Source: Acidobacteriota bacterium (GTDB lineage Bacteria; Acidobacteriota; UBA890; WLXD01). Taken from it: a stretch of 64,000 nt of DNA. The stretch is from assembly GCA_965248695.1 (NCBI GenBank), contig CBDFKD010000002.1, positions 192,001-256,000 of the forward strand, read 5' to 3'. Below are positions 10,433-18,462 of the stretch, one piece after another (positions within the stretch are counted from its first letter, which is position 1; each line of letters opens with the position of its first letter). The translations under genes were made by a program, and so were the position numbers. The notes beneath the pieces were generated by a model that worked only from the letters and a program-made list of their open reading frames with translations, ran no database searches and had not been told where the DNA came from.

Positions 10433-10993
10433 CTAGTCTGAGCCCCCCGAGGCAGCGTTGACACCGGCAATGAACACGTCGGTCACATCGAGTGAGCTCG
10501 AGTAGTGCAGCATGCTGCCCGTCTGTACGAGCCGCGCATCGAAGACCAGGTCCCACCCCTGCTCGCTTGCGAGCCTTTCCAGCACCGGGATCAGAACCTG
10601 ATTGATGCGCTGCTGACCATCGGTCTGCAGACGATCGAGCTGGCGGCGAGCATCGTCCTGTAGACGTTCGATGGCCACCTGTTTGGTCTCGATCTCCGTG
10701 TTCAGCGAGGCCATCGCCTGCGCGCTGAGCGTCAAGGACTGCTGCTGCCGGCTGGTCACCAGATTCTGCAGCTCGGCCTGCAGTTGGTCCGATTGCGACT
10801 GCCAGTTGGTGGCGGCCGCCTCAACCTCGGTGCGAACGTCACGTCCCACCTGTGTTTCGGCGGTGACACGGTCACCGTTGACAACCACCACGCGTCCCGA
10901 CGCGGCGTTCTGGGCATTCAACGGTAAGGCTGCACCGACCATCACCGCGATCGTCAGGCTGACCGACTGTAACAGGATATTGCGGATCTTCAT
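10433..10993 (-). CDS. OmpH/Skp family periplasmic chaperone
   Basis: Signal peptide, coiled coils, LASEQGWDLVFD and LDVTDVFI C-terminus; GAGGAG RBS before ATG 10993. Confidence 0.85.
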   Translation of the reverse strand: MKIRNILLQSVSLTIAVMVGAALPLNAQNAASGRVVVVNGDRVTAETQVGRDVRTEVEAAATNWQSQSDQLQAELQNLVTSRQQQSLTLSAQAMASLNTEIETKQVAIERLQDDARRQLDRLQTDGQQRINQVLIPVLERLASEQGWDLVFDARLVQTGSMLHYSSSLDVTDVFIAGVNAASGGSD

Positions 10994-11198
10994 GGAAGCT
11001 CTCCTCGGAGAAAAGTACCCTCGGAGCGTCAGACGCGGGAGCATCCCGATTCGTCGTCGCTCGCGATCAGAATTCGTCGCCGTTCAGGTTAGCGGATCAA
11101 TGGCGGCCACGTCTCGTGCCGGGTCAGTGTCGGCCGTGGCTGGCCCTCTTTGTGTATGCTTGTAGCGCCAATCCCCTGTCGCCCTGAGGATTCCGATC

Positions 11199-12002
11199 AT
11201 GAAGCGACTGCGGCCGCTCTTGGCGGCAGCCCTGCTGGCACTCACGCCGTCGTCAACGGGACTCGGCGCACCCGGCGTCGACAGCGCAGCTGCGGCTCGC
11301 TGCACCTGTATGTCACCGAAGCGTCCCGCCTGCGAGGTGTGGTGGCAGACGGCGGCGATCTTCGTCGGACGTGTGACTCGCCTGGACACCGTGACGGAAG
11401 AAGTGGACGGCGATACCCAGATCAAGATCTTGGCGACCATCCGAGTGCAGGAACGCTGGCGTGGCGCCGAAGGACAGCGTGACGTCGTCGTGGCTACGGG
11501 AGCCGGCGGCGGCGATTGTGGCTTCCAGTTCGCCTTGAACCGCACCTATCTCGTCTACGCCAACCAGTCGTCTCGAACAGGCCGTTATGAAACAGGGATC
11601 TGCTCACGCACCTCCTTGGCTCGGGATGCCGAGATCGATTTGACGTATTTGCGTGGACTCGAAACCGCCGACAAGGTGGTCTCGCTCTACGGGATGGTCT
11701 ATCGGGAGCGTCAACAGCTGCCTCCCGGTACCGATCGCAGCCTCGACATGCGACTGGATCCAGGCGGTCCGGTCGCCGACGTGCGCATCAGCCTGGAGGT
11801 GACGGTCGGCGAGGAACAAACCTACGTCAGCGACAATGATGGCTGGTTCGAGATCGAGGGTCTGCCGGTCGGCCTGTACGAGGTGCAGCTGGACGCGCCG
11901 CAGATCGAAGACACCGCACGCTGGCGGCTTCGGATACCCATCGCCCCCGCCTGTATCTGGCGCAACCTGATCGTCGAACCGCTGCCGCTAGACGGCGGAT
12001 AA
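11199..12002 (+). CDS. Secreted TIMP/NTR-like domain + carboxypeptidase-regulatory-like domain protein
   Basis: Signal peptide, then CTC...AIFVGRV...GDCGFQF..NRTYLVYA...ICSRT; C-terminal SDNDGWFEIEGLPVGLYEV. Confidence 0.75.
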   Translation: MKRLRPLLAAALLALTPSSTGLGAPGVDSAAAARCTCMSPKRPACEVWWQTAAIFVGRVTRLDTVTEEVDGDTQIKILATIRVQERWRGAEGQRDVVVATGAGGGDCGFQFALNRTYLVYANQSSRTGRYETGICSRTSLARDAEIDLTYLRGLETADKVVSLYGMVYRERQQLPPGTDRSLDMRLDPGGPVADVRISLEVTVGEEQTYVSDNDGWFEIEGLPVGLYEVQLDAPQIEDTARWRLRIPIAPACIWRNLIVEPLPLDGG

Positions 12003-12144
12003 CGGTCCCTGCGACGGTCCCGCGAGCGGCCAGCTTAGCGCCCGGCTTGGCAACGGTCCGGACTCCGCCGACGAAGGCGCCCCTGCGAGGCGAAGCCAGC
12101 TACTGCCAGGTTTCGCCTCGCACCCCTCGGGCCATTCCGGGTAC

Positions 12145-12208
12145 CAAAAAATTGCCCGGATGATTGCCGCGACGGCCTCCCGTGGGGTCCGGAACCCTCC
12201 GTCGCGGC
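12145..12208 (-). terminator. Possible intrinsic terminator of the candidate ncRNA
   Basis: GC-rich stem 12166-12175/12199-12208 and the terminal stem, followed on the minus strand by AAUUUUUU. Confidence 0.4.
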
Positions 12209-12605
12209 GTATCTCGAGCTTCCCTCGGCTCTACGGCTCGACTTCTGACTCTTGCGAGCCTTCCGTCGACCCTGCCACCGACATCACTCTGACGAACGTG
12301 CCGGTAACTCCGTTGCTCTCCGGCTCCCCCTTGCGGGTTTGCCTTCCAGCTCCGTCAAGGTCTCCCACTCGTCCTTGCGAACGTCTGGTCCACCTCTCTC
12401 AGGCAGTCGCCTTCCACCCTTGCGGGCTTCCAGCGCCTCCCCGGGCGTCCCGGGCTCCCTCTCGAACTCCCGGTTAGCCCCGAACCCTTTCGCATCCCCT
12501 TGCGGTTCCGCTTCCAGGCTCGTCGAGCCGTCTTCCACTCAAGGTCGTTTCACGACCTCAACAGGTTCCGAATCTCCCGTTTGGCCGGGGCAATCATCCG
12601 GACCC
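12145..12605 (-). ncRNA. Candidate large structured non-coding RNA (family unknown; GGA-rich with repeated GCAA hairpins)
   Basis: 13-bp perfect inverted repeat 12156-12168/12589-12601, extending to 15 bp with a G-U pair on the minus strand only. Nested 10-bp stem 12233-12242/12522-12531. Five CGCAAG-looped hairpins, seven GGAAG motifs and a U-tract after the 3' stem. No convincing ORF. Confidence 0.6.
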
Positions 12606-12841
12606 GACCGATCAAACTATGGACGTACTGTGGCGGCAAGCGCGACGGAGAATTTTCTTCGCCGGTCGCGCAAGAAGTTCATAAGATCATTTAATCCAAT
12701 ATGTTACGGATCCTCGCCGGCAGCTGAACGCATCTGGTGAACACCGAAATCCGGAGACAGTCAGGAACCCCCAGCGTCGCGAGATGTGTCCGGGGCCGGC
12801 GGCGCGGCGCGCGGCGGTGCTTTCCGAGCGATAATCTGCGC

Positions 12842-13429
12842 ATGAGCGTCCAAGATCCAATCGCTCGGTTCCTCGAGCTTCAACGACGCGCAGAGCGCAA
12901 CGGTGAGCCGCAGCGCGCTACCGCTATGACGCTGGCGACCGCGACGTCCAACGGACGGCCCTCGGCGCGCATGGTGCTGCTGAAGGGAGCCGACGAGCTC
13001 GGCTTTGCCTTCTACACCAACTACGGCAGCCGGAAAGCCGCCGAGCTCGAGGCCAACCCGAACGCGGCGCTAGTCTTCTACTGGCCCACGCTGTCGACTC
13101 AGATACGTGTCGAGGGCCCTATAACCCGCGTCCCAGACGCGGAGGCCGACGCTTACTTTGCCTCCCGACCGCGTCAGAGTCAGCTCGGTGCGTGGGCCTC
13201 CAAGCAGAGCGCGCCGCTCGAGGGCCGTCGCGCGCTGGTCGTGCGTTATCTCACCGAGAAAGCCCGCCGGCTGGGTCAGACGATCCCGCGACCCGAGTTC
13301 TGGGGCGGCTACCTGCTACGTCCCGTACGCATCGAGTTCTGGGAATCGCGCCTCGGGCGACTGCACGATCGCACCGAGTACACGCGCTCAGGAGATGACG
13401 AGTGGCGGCGGGCGATGCTGTACCCGTAG
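12842..13429 (+). CDS. pdxH: Pyridoxamine 5'-phosphate oxidase
   Basis: AMTLAT, RPSARMVLLKG, FYTNYGSRK, YFASRPRQSQLGAWASKQS, WGGY, EFW...RLHDR, LYP. Confidence 0.96.
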   Translation: MSVQDPIARFLELQRRAERNGEPQRATAMTLATATSNGRPSARMVLLKGADELGFAFYTNYGSRKAAELEANPNAALVFYWPTLSTQIRVEGPITRVPDAEADAYFASRPRQSQLGAWASKQSAPLEGRRALVVRYLTEKARRLGQTIPRPEFWGGYLLRPVRIEFWESRLGRLHDRTEYTRSGDDEWRRAMLYP

Positions 13430-13483
13430 GTTCTCTAAGACAAGCGATCGAACTCAGGCGGTCTGTCCATGCCTCGAACGTCT

Positions 13484-13520
13484 GCTTAACGCCGCTGCGC
13501 TTCAGCTGCCGCGGCGGCGC
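13484..13520 (-). repeat. Degenerate half attC site
   Basis: GCTTAAC...GCGCTTCAGCTGC on the plus strand matches one arm of the three complete attC sites; the other arm is missing. Confidence 0.55.
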
Positions 13521-13587
13521 CTTCGCAACCACCGACCAAGACTGCGCCAATGGCGCATGGACGCGCAAGACGCGTCGGGAGCGGTAC

Positions 13588-13655
13588 GGCTAACGGTTCA
13601 GAGGCTGAGCTGCGGACGGCGAAGCCGGCCCGACAGCTCCTGGCTCGTGTTAGCC
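13588..13655 (-). mobile_element. Integron attC site 1 (68 bp)
   Basis: GGCTAAC...GTTAGCC ends, internal imperfect palindrome with AGCTG/CAGCT arms; R'' box lies just after the stop of the 13663-14094 gene. Confidence 0.85.
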
Positions 13656-13662
13656 GGCATTC

Positions 13663-14094
13663 TCAATCGTAGTACCAGACTACTTGGAGCCCGTAGTCGT
13701 TCAGATAATCCTCGATCCGTTCCTTCAGACCAGCTGTCCTCGACGCGGTCGGGTAGATGATCCCGGCACACACGTCGAGTTGATCGGCGTCCAGGTACTT
13801 CTCGATGTATCGCCAGACCTGTCTCCTGTGGGACGCTAGGTTCCTCTGACGATTACGCGGGAGTATGCGGTCCCAATCCGTTGCCTTGATCTCAACAACG
13901 GTCACCATGTTGCCCAGTTCGTCCACGAAGATGTCCATGCGGCCGCGACGCGGGCGCCCGGTGCGGGTAAGCCCGGCGAGCAACGGGATCGTGTGCTCGA
14001 TCCTAGGGTTTCCGTCGGCCGTTTGACCCCAGTCGGTCTGGACCGTCCTCTCGAATTCCCTCCCTCGCCTCAGTTGCTCCGGTTGAACGCCCAT
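13663..14094 (-). CDS. Gene cassette: small PD-(D/E)xK-like nuclease-fold protein
   Basis: GREFE...RMDIFV...VVEIKAT...QVWRY motif pattern; lies between attC sites whose ends match (GTTAGCCGG / CCGGCTAAC). Confidence 0.7.
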   Translation of the reverse strand: MGVQPEQLRRGREFERTVQTDWGQTADGNPRIEHTIPLLAGLTRTGRPRRGRMDIFVDELGNMVTVVEIKATDWDRILPRNRQRNLASHRRQVWRYIEKYLDADQLDVCAGIIYPTASRTAGLKERIEDYLNDYGLQVVWYYD

Positions 14095-14136
14095 TCAGCG
14101 TTTCCTGGCATGGGAGGTGGCGCTGGCTGTTTGCCC

Positions 14137-14202
14137 GGCTAACGAATCAGCGCTTCAGCTGTGGGCCGCAAGGTGGACCGACAGCTGCTAGCGGTTGTTA
14201 GG
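14137..14202 (-). mobile_element. Integron attC site 2 (66 bp)
   Basis: Minus strand GCCTAAC AACCG CTAGCAGCTG...CAGCTGAAGCG...GTTAGCC, with R''-L''-L'-R' layout and extrahelical bases. Confidence 0.9.
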
Positions 14203-14243
14203 CGGCGCCGTTCATTCCGTTCCCATGCTGGGTAGATGAGAAC

Positions 14244-14762
14244 TCATCCGTTTGAGTACCTACCGCGCCGCATGTGCAGTGTGTCTGACTGGTGGGCGAG
14301 CTTGAGGCCGTAGATTCCCAGGTCGCTTCGAAGTGCCAGCTCCAAGTCCTCAGCGGCATTCAAGATTGCTTGACCCGACGCTTCAGGGATGTCTCCAGAC
14401 TCAGCCGATGTCGCCGCTTTCCGAAGAGCCTGGCGGAAGTCGTAGCAAACGTTAGTTGTTTTGGGACCAAGGAGAATCGCATACTCCGCATCCCAGGCAT
14501 CTATCTGGCCGAGAAACTCGCGCACGCGGGATGCGTTTGTTGTCCCTGATCGAGCCCGGTCCGGTAGTCGGCTGATCAAGGAGTAGAGTGCGGGATATGC
14601 AGCTAGCCGCGCAGCCACGAGCTGTTCAAGCAGCTTCTGCTCAGTGCCAATCCGGAGCTTTGCAACCTCCATGCGGATACCGAGCTTGGCGACAACCCAT
14701 GCAACTACGCCGGCTACGACGGCGCTGAGCCCCGCCGCTGCCATGGGAACGAATGAGTCCAT
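14244..14762 (-). CDS. Gene cassette: hypothetical protein with N-terminal TM anchor
   Basis: 172-aa ORF with one TM and a GAGAGG RBS, visibly lower GC, bounded by GTTAGGC and GCCTAAC. Confidence 0.75.
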   Translation of the reverse strand: MDSFVPMAAAGLSAVVAGVVAWVVAKLGIRMEVAKLRIGTEQKLLEQLVAARLAAYPALYSLISRLPDRARSGTTNASRVREFLGQIDAWDAEYAILLGPKTTNVCYDFRQALRKAATSAESGDIPEASGQAILNAAEDLELALRSDLGIYGLKLAHQSDTLHMRRGRYSNG

Positions 14763-14798
14763 ATCCTCTCGGTCACGTGTCCTGTCGGTACGACGGCT

Positions 14799-14865
14799 GC
14801 CTAACGGTTCTACGCTTCAGCTGCGGGCCGCGTAGCGGACCGTCAGCTGCTAGCGCGTGTTAGCG
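14799..14865 (-). mobile_element. Integron attC site 3 (67 bp)
   Basis: Minus strand CGCTAAC ACGCG CTAGCAGCTGA...CAGCTGAAGCG...GTTAGGC; closely similar to attC 2. Confidence 0.9.
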
Positions 14866-14952
14866 ACTCTCCAAGGTAGTCTGGAGCCTCGGTGACAACG
14901 TCGCACATCCGGACACGCACGTGATCGAAACCAGAATGACTGCTCGACGCAT
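14860..14952 (-). CDS. Gene cassette: 30-aa micro-lipoprotein or truncated lipoprotein
   Basis: Manual translation MRRAVILVSITCVSGCATLSPRLQTTLESR*; lipobox VSGC; GGAAAG upstream; stop TAA falls inside the attC3 R'' box. Below the ORF-track cutoff. Confidence 0.5.
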   Translation of the reverse strand: MRRAVILVSITCVSGCATLSPRLQTTLESR

Positions 14953-14969
14953 GGTCTTTCCGTGGGGCG

Positions 14970-14995
14970 ACCTAACTAGCATTCAATTGCGCTTG
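14970..14995 (-). mobile_element. Possible attI-like core site at the start of the array
   Basis: Unpaired GTTAGGT (minus 14976-14970), preceded by AT-rich CAATTGAATGCTA; no partner RYYYAAC arm seen. Confidence 0.4.
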
Positions 14996-15382
14996 TCGGA
15001 CGGCATACTTGCCGACGCCTGCAGCCAAAGCAATAGAAGCGAATTTCGCAGGGCGCGGGTCGGTGGACGGATGCCTTACGCGCATGGTCGTGCCGGCGAA
15101 TGACGCTCATCGAGTGGTCCGACGGTTGGCACCCATGCTGGCGACTCTGGCGGTCGCCGGCCGCGGAGGCGCGCACGTACCTCTTCGAAAAGGCTAATCC
15201 GGAAACGGTCTCGATCCGTCGACCGAGGAAACCGAGCCCGATTCCCGAGCCCCGTGTGGGCGACGACATCCCGACGGGCACGGGGTTCCGAGGCGACGTG
15301 TGAGGCGACCAAGCTCGTGGGGCCGGCTCGAAGAGGTGCTTGCGCGCCTTCGCAGCCGCCTCCAAGTCGAGCTGAAGACCCG

Positions 15383-16069
15383 CTAGAACGGCACGCCAAT
15401 GGCATCACAGAGAAGCCGCATCATCGGGGTCGCCGCCCGCCACTTGGCGGTGACGTCCTTCAGAAAGCTATCGCTGGTAACGAAGTCCTCTCCGAGCCGT
15501 GCCACGGCGATGAAGTCCTTGCGCTTCAGATCCTCGATCGCCGTATGATCGGCGTCGAAGCCGCGCGGGGGCCGTTTCAGCGAGTCACCTGCCAGCGCGA
15601 AGTGGTTGCTGAAGCGCTTGCCACCGACGGCTTTCTTCCACCCGGCGGCGTCCGCAGCGATGAGCTCACGAATCGCCTGAACGGCTGGTCCATCGGGTCG
15701 CCAGATACCCGCCGCGACGAAGACGCTCTTGGGCTCGACGTGCAAGTAGTACCCAGGACAGTGGGCGTCCTTCCCTTGCTCGTGTCGAAAATGAACGCCG
15801 GTGTGGGTCTTGTAGGGGCTCTTGTCCTTCGAGAAGCGGACGTCGCGATGGATGCGGAACAGCGAGCCACCCGATTTCTTCGCCAGCGCAATGAAGTGCG
15901 GGCTGATGGCGTGCAGCGGTGCCTCGAAATCGGCGATGAAGTCGAGCGCCGGCTCACGTACCTTGTCCTCGTAGCGGTCCTGGTTGACTTTGAACCAGTC
16001 GCGATCGTTGTTGCGCTTCAGCGCTCGAAGAAAAGCGAAGGTTGCAGGGGTGAAATATCGTTGGCCCAT
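15383..16069 (-). CDS. DUF2461 / TIGR02453 family protein
   Basis: FLRALKRNNDRDWF, FRIHRDVRFSKDKSPYKT, LKRPPRGFDADH...LKRK. Confidence 0.92.
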   Translation of the reverse strand: MGQRYFTPATFAFLRALKRNNDRDWFKVNQDRYEDKVREPALDFIADFEAPLHAISPHFIALAKKSGGSLFRIHRDVRFSKDKSPYKTHTGVHFRHEQGKDAHCPGYYLHVEPKSVFVAAGIWRPDGPAVQAIRELIAADAAGWKKAVGGKRFSNHFALAGDSLKRPPRGFDADHTAIEDLKRKDFIAVARLGEDFVTSDSFLKDVTAKWRAATPMMRLLCDAIGVPF

Positions 16070-16143
16070 GTTCCATCCGCGTCGTTGAGAAAGAGGAGCA
16101 GGCGATGGTAGCCGGCTCGGCAGCCATCCATCGCGCCGCAGTG

Positions 16144-18414
16144 CTAGAGATTCTCCAGCACGAAATCCGTCATCGTGCGCTGCAGATGCCAGACGAGCTC
16201 GCGCTGGCGGACGCCGTGACGCGACCGCGGGTACATCATGAACTCGAAGTCCTTACCCGCCTTCTGCAGCTCGTACACCAGCTGCACCGAGTTCTGGAAA
16301 TGGACGTTGTCGTCCATCGTCCCGTGCAGGATCAGCAGCTTGCCGTGTAGATCGGCCGCTGCCTTGACCACCGAGGTAGAGTCGTAGCCCTCGGGATTGT
16401 TCTGCGGCATGCGCATGTAGCGCTCGGTGTAGATGGTGTCGTACAGCCGCCAGTCAGTTACCGGCGCCCCGGCGATGCCGGCCTTGAACGACTTCGAGTG
16501 CGTCATCGCGAACGAAGCCATGAAGCCGCCGTAGCTCCAGCCCCAGATACCGAGCCGATCGCCGTCGACCCAGGACTGTTGCCTGAGCCAGTCGAGGCCG
16601 TCCTCGATGTCGCGCAGCTCGACGACGCCCATCTGCTGATAGGCATGCCAGGTGGGCCGGATGCCCTTGCCCGAGGCCGAGCGGTTGTCGCACATCCAGA
16701 TGACGTAGCCCTGCTGCGCCAGCATCTGGTGCCACATGTAGCGGGACCCGCCCCAGCCGTTGCGCACCACCGGAGAATGCGGACCACCGTAGTTGTACTG
16801 CAGCACTGGGTAGCACCTGTCGGGATCGAAGTCCGGAGGCTTGATGACCATCGCCTCCATCATGAAGCCGTCGCGCGTCGGCACCTGCAGGAACTCCACC
16901 GACCCGAGATCGAGGCTCCCGAGCGCCGCTACCCGATTCTCGGTGATCGTGCGTACCATGGAGCCGTCGGCCGCATGCAGCCGCACCTGGGACGGCGTAG
17001 TGGCATCACTCCAGGTGTCGAGGTAGTGCGTCAGAGCGGGGTTGAAGCTCGCCCGGTGATCGCCCTCGCGTGACGACAGGCGCTCGAGCCCTGAACCGTC
17101 CGTACGCACTCGATAGACCTGGTTGGCAATCGGGCTGTGCTCGGTACCGGAGAAGTAGACCCGGCCCTGATCGTCGACGCCATGCAACGTGCGCGCCTCC
17201 CAGTCGCCGCTGGTCACCTGGTGCTTCACGACCGGGATATCGAATCCGTCGAACGCATAGTGATACAGGTGCTTGAACCCCGTGCGCTCGGAGAACCACA
17301 GGAAGCTCCCATCCGGAAGCCAGCTCGGCCCGCCCATCTCCTGGACGAACGCCTCGGTGGTCTCCCGAATGAGCGTCGTGCTGTTGCCCGAGCTCGGATC
17401 GGCCATGTTGAGCTCGAGCCAGGTCTGCTCGCGATCCTGTACCTGATACACGACGCGGTCGCCGCTCGGATGCCAGCCGACGCGGACGATCAGATGCTCG
17501 ATGGGCTCGTACTTTTTGGAGTCGACCCACACCGCCTCGCCGCCAGCCGCCCTCACCACGCCGAGCCACACCTTCGGGTTCGGATCGCCGGCCTTCGGAT
17601 AATTGGTGACCTCGGTATCGAGGGTCGACGGGATGTGGTCGATGACGGTGAACTCGTTCACCGGTGACTCGTCGAGCTTGAGGAACGCCAGCGCGCTGGA
17701 ATCCGGGCTCCACCAGTAACCCTTGAAGTTGCCGCGCCCGTAGATCTCCTCCTGATAGACCCAGTCCAGGCGTCCGTAGAACAGCTCCGAGGACCCATCC
17801 GTGGTCAGCGCCCGCTCGCGACCCGAGTCGACCTCGATCAGATGAAGGTTGTAGTCGCGCACGAACGAGACGAAGCGCTCGTCCGGCGACAGCTCCTCCC
17901 CTACCTCCGGATCGGCATCGAACGTCAGCCGCTTCGCCGCCCCCGAGGCAAAGACCACGAACAGATCGTTGGCGTGGTTCAGCAGCACGGAATCTCGCCC
18001 GCGGGCGATACCGTCCGCCGCGCTCCCGGCCAGGATCGCCACATCGTCCGCTGTCAGACCCGCCAGCTCGCCGAGCGCGGCCCGGATGGCATCCGTATCC
18101 ACCGCCGCCGAGGTAGTCCCGGACACCGCGTCGATCGCCCGCCACTCGCCGCGCGCGTCGCGCTCGACGTAGCTCGTGTCATCGACCCAGGTGAGCGAAG
18201 GCACCGATCCGCTGTAGTTGACGCGCTCGCCGGCGTCGGGGCTATAGAGCGACTCCAGGGTGATCCGGCCGCTCTGCGCCAGGGTACCGCCGGGACCCGC
18301 GGCAAGTAGCCCCCCTGAACCCGTAGCGGCCCGCAGCTGCCAGGGTGCCAGGCTACTGGAAACGATAACAGCAAGGCTGATCAAGCAGGCGCGCAACAAG
18401 GTTCGACGCATCAA
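16144..18414 (-). CDS. Secreted dipeptidyl peptidase IV-like S9 peptidase
   Basis: DWVYQEE, YPKAG, GWSYGG nucleophile, HGTMDDNVH, RSRHG; signal peptide. Confidence 0.94.
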   Translation of the reverse strand: MMRRTLLRACLISLAVIVSSSLAPWQLRAATGSGGLLAAGPGGTLAQSGRITLESLYSPDAGERVNYSGSVPSLTWVDDTSYVERDARGEWRAIDAVSGTTSAAVDTDAIRAALGELAGLTADDVAILAGSAADGIARGRDSVLLNHANDLFVVFASGAAKRLTFDADPEVGEELSPDERFVSFVRDYNLHLIEVDSGRERALTTDGSSELFYGRLDWVYQEEIYGRGNFKGYWWSPDSSALAFLKLDESPVNEFTVIDHIPSTLDTEVTNYPKAGDPNPKVWLGVVRAAGGEAVWVDSKKYEPIEHLIVRVGWHPSGDRVVYQVQDREQTWLELNMADPSSGNSTTLIRETTEAFVQEMGGPSWLPDGSFLWFSERTGFKHLYHYAFDGFDIPVVKHQVTSGDWEARTLHGVDDQGRVYFSGTEHSPIANQVYRVRTDGSGLERLSSREGDHRASFNPALTHYLDTWSDATTPSQVRLHAADGSMVRTITENRVAALGSLDLGSVEFLQVPTRDGFMMEAMVIKPPDFDPDRCYPVLQYNYGGPHSPVVRNGWGGSRYMWHQMLAQQGYVIWMCDNRSASGKGIRPTWHAYQQMGVVELRDIEDGLDWLRQQSWVDGDRLGIWGWSYGGFMASFAMTHSKSFKAGIAGAPVTDWRLYDTIYTERYMRMPQNNPEGYDSTSVVKAAADLHGKLLILHGTMDDNVHFQNSVQLVYELQKAGKDFEFMMYPRSRHGVRQRELVWHLQRTMTDFVLENL

Positions 18415-18462
18415 GGTGCTCCCGGTATTAGGCGCTCGATTCCGATCGACAATGAAGTCCAG

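Noticed and set aside
12145-12605. RNase P RNA, tmRNA or SRP identity for the structured element
   Set aside because: No GAGGAAAGUCC or ACAGAA-CGGCUUA (RNase P), no tRNA-like GGGG...CCA ends (tmRNA), and no SRP domain IV motif found by eye.
12284-12740. ORFs of 84-162 aa overlapping the candidate ncRNA
   Set aside because: Low-complexity products that mirror the repeated RNA motifs; no recognisable domain or RBS.
13484-14865. CRISPR array
   Set aside because: Repeats are 66-68 bp, imperfect and separated by whole genes; no cas genes. They fit attC sites.
14996-15380. Integron integrase remnant or real small gene (67-aa ORF 15100-15303)
   Set aside because: No tyrosine-recombinase motifs seen in the listed frames; the short ORFs have no supporting features.
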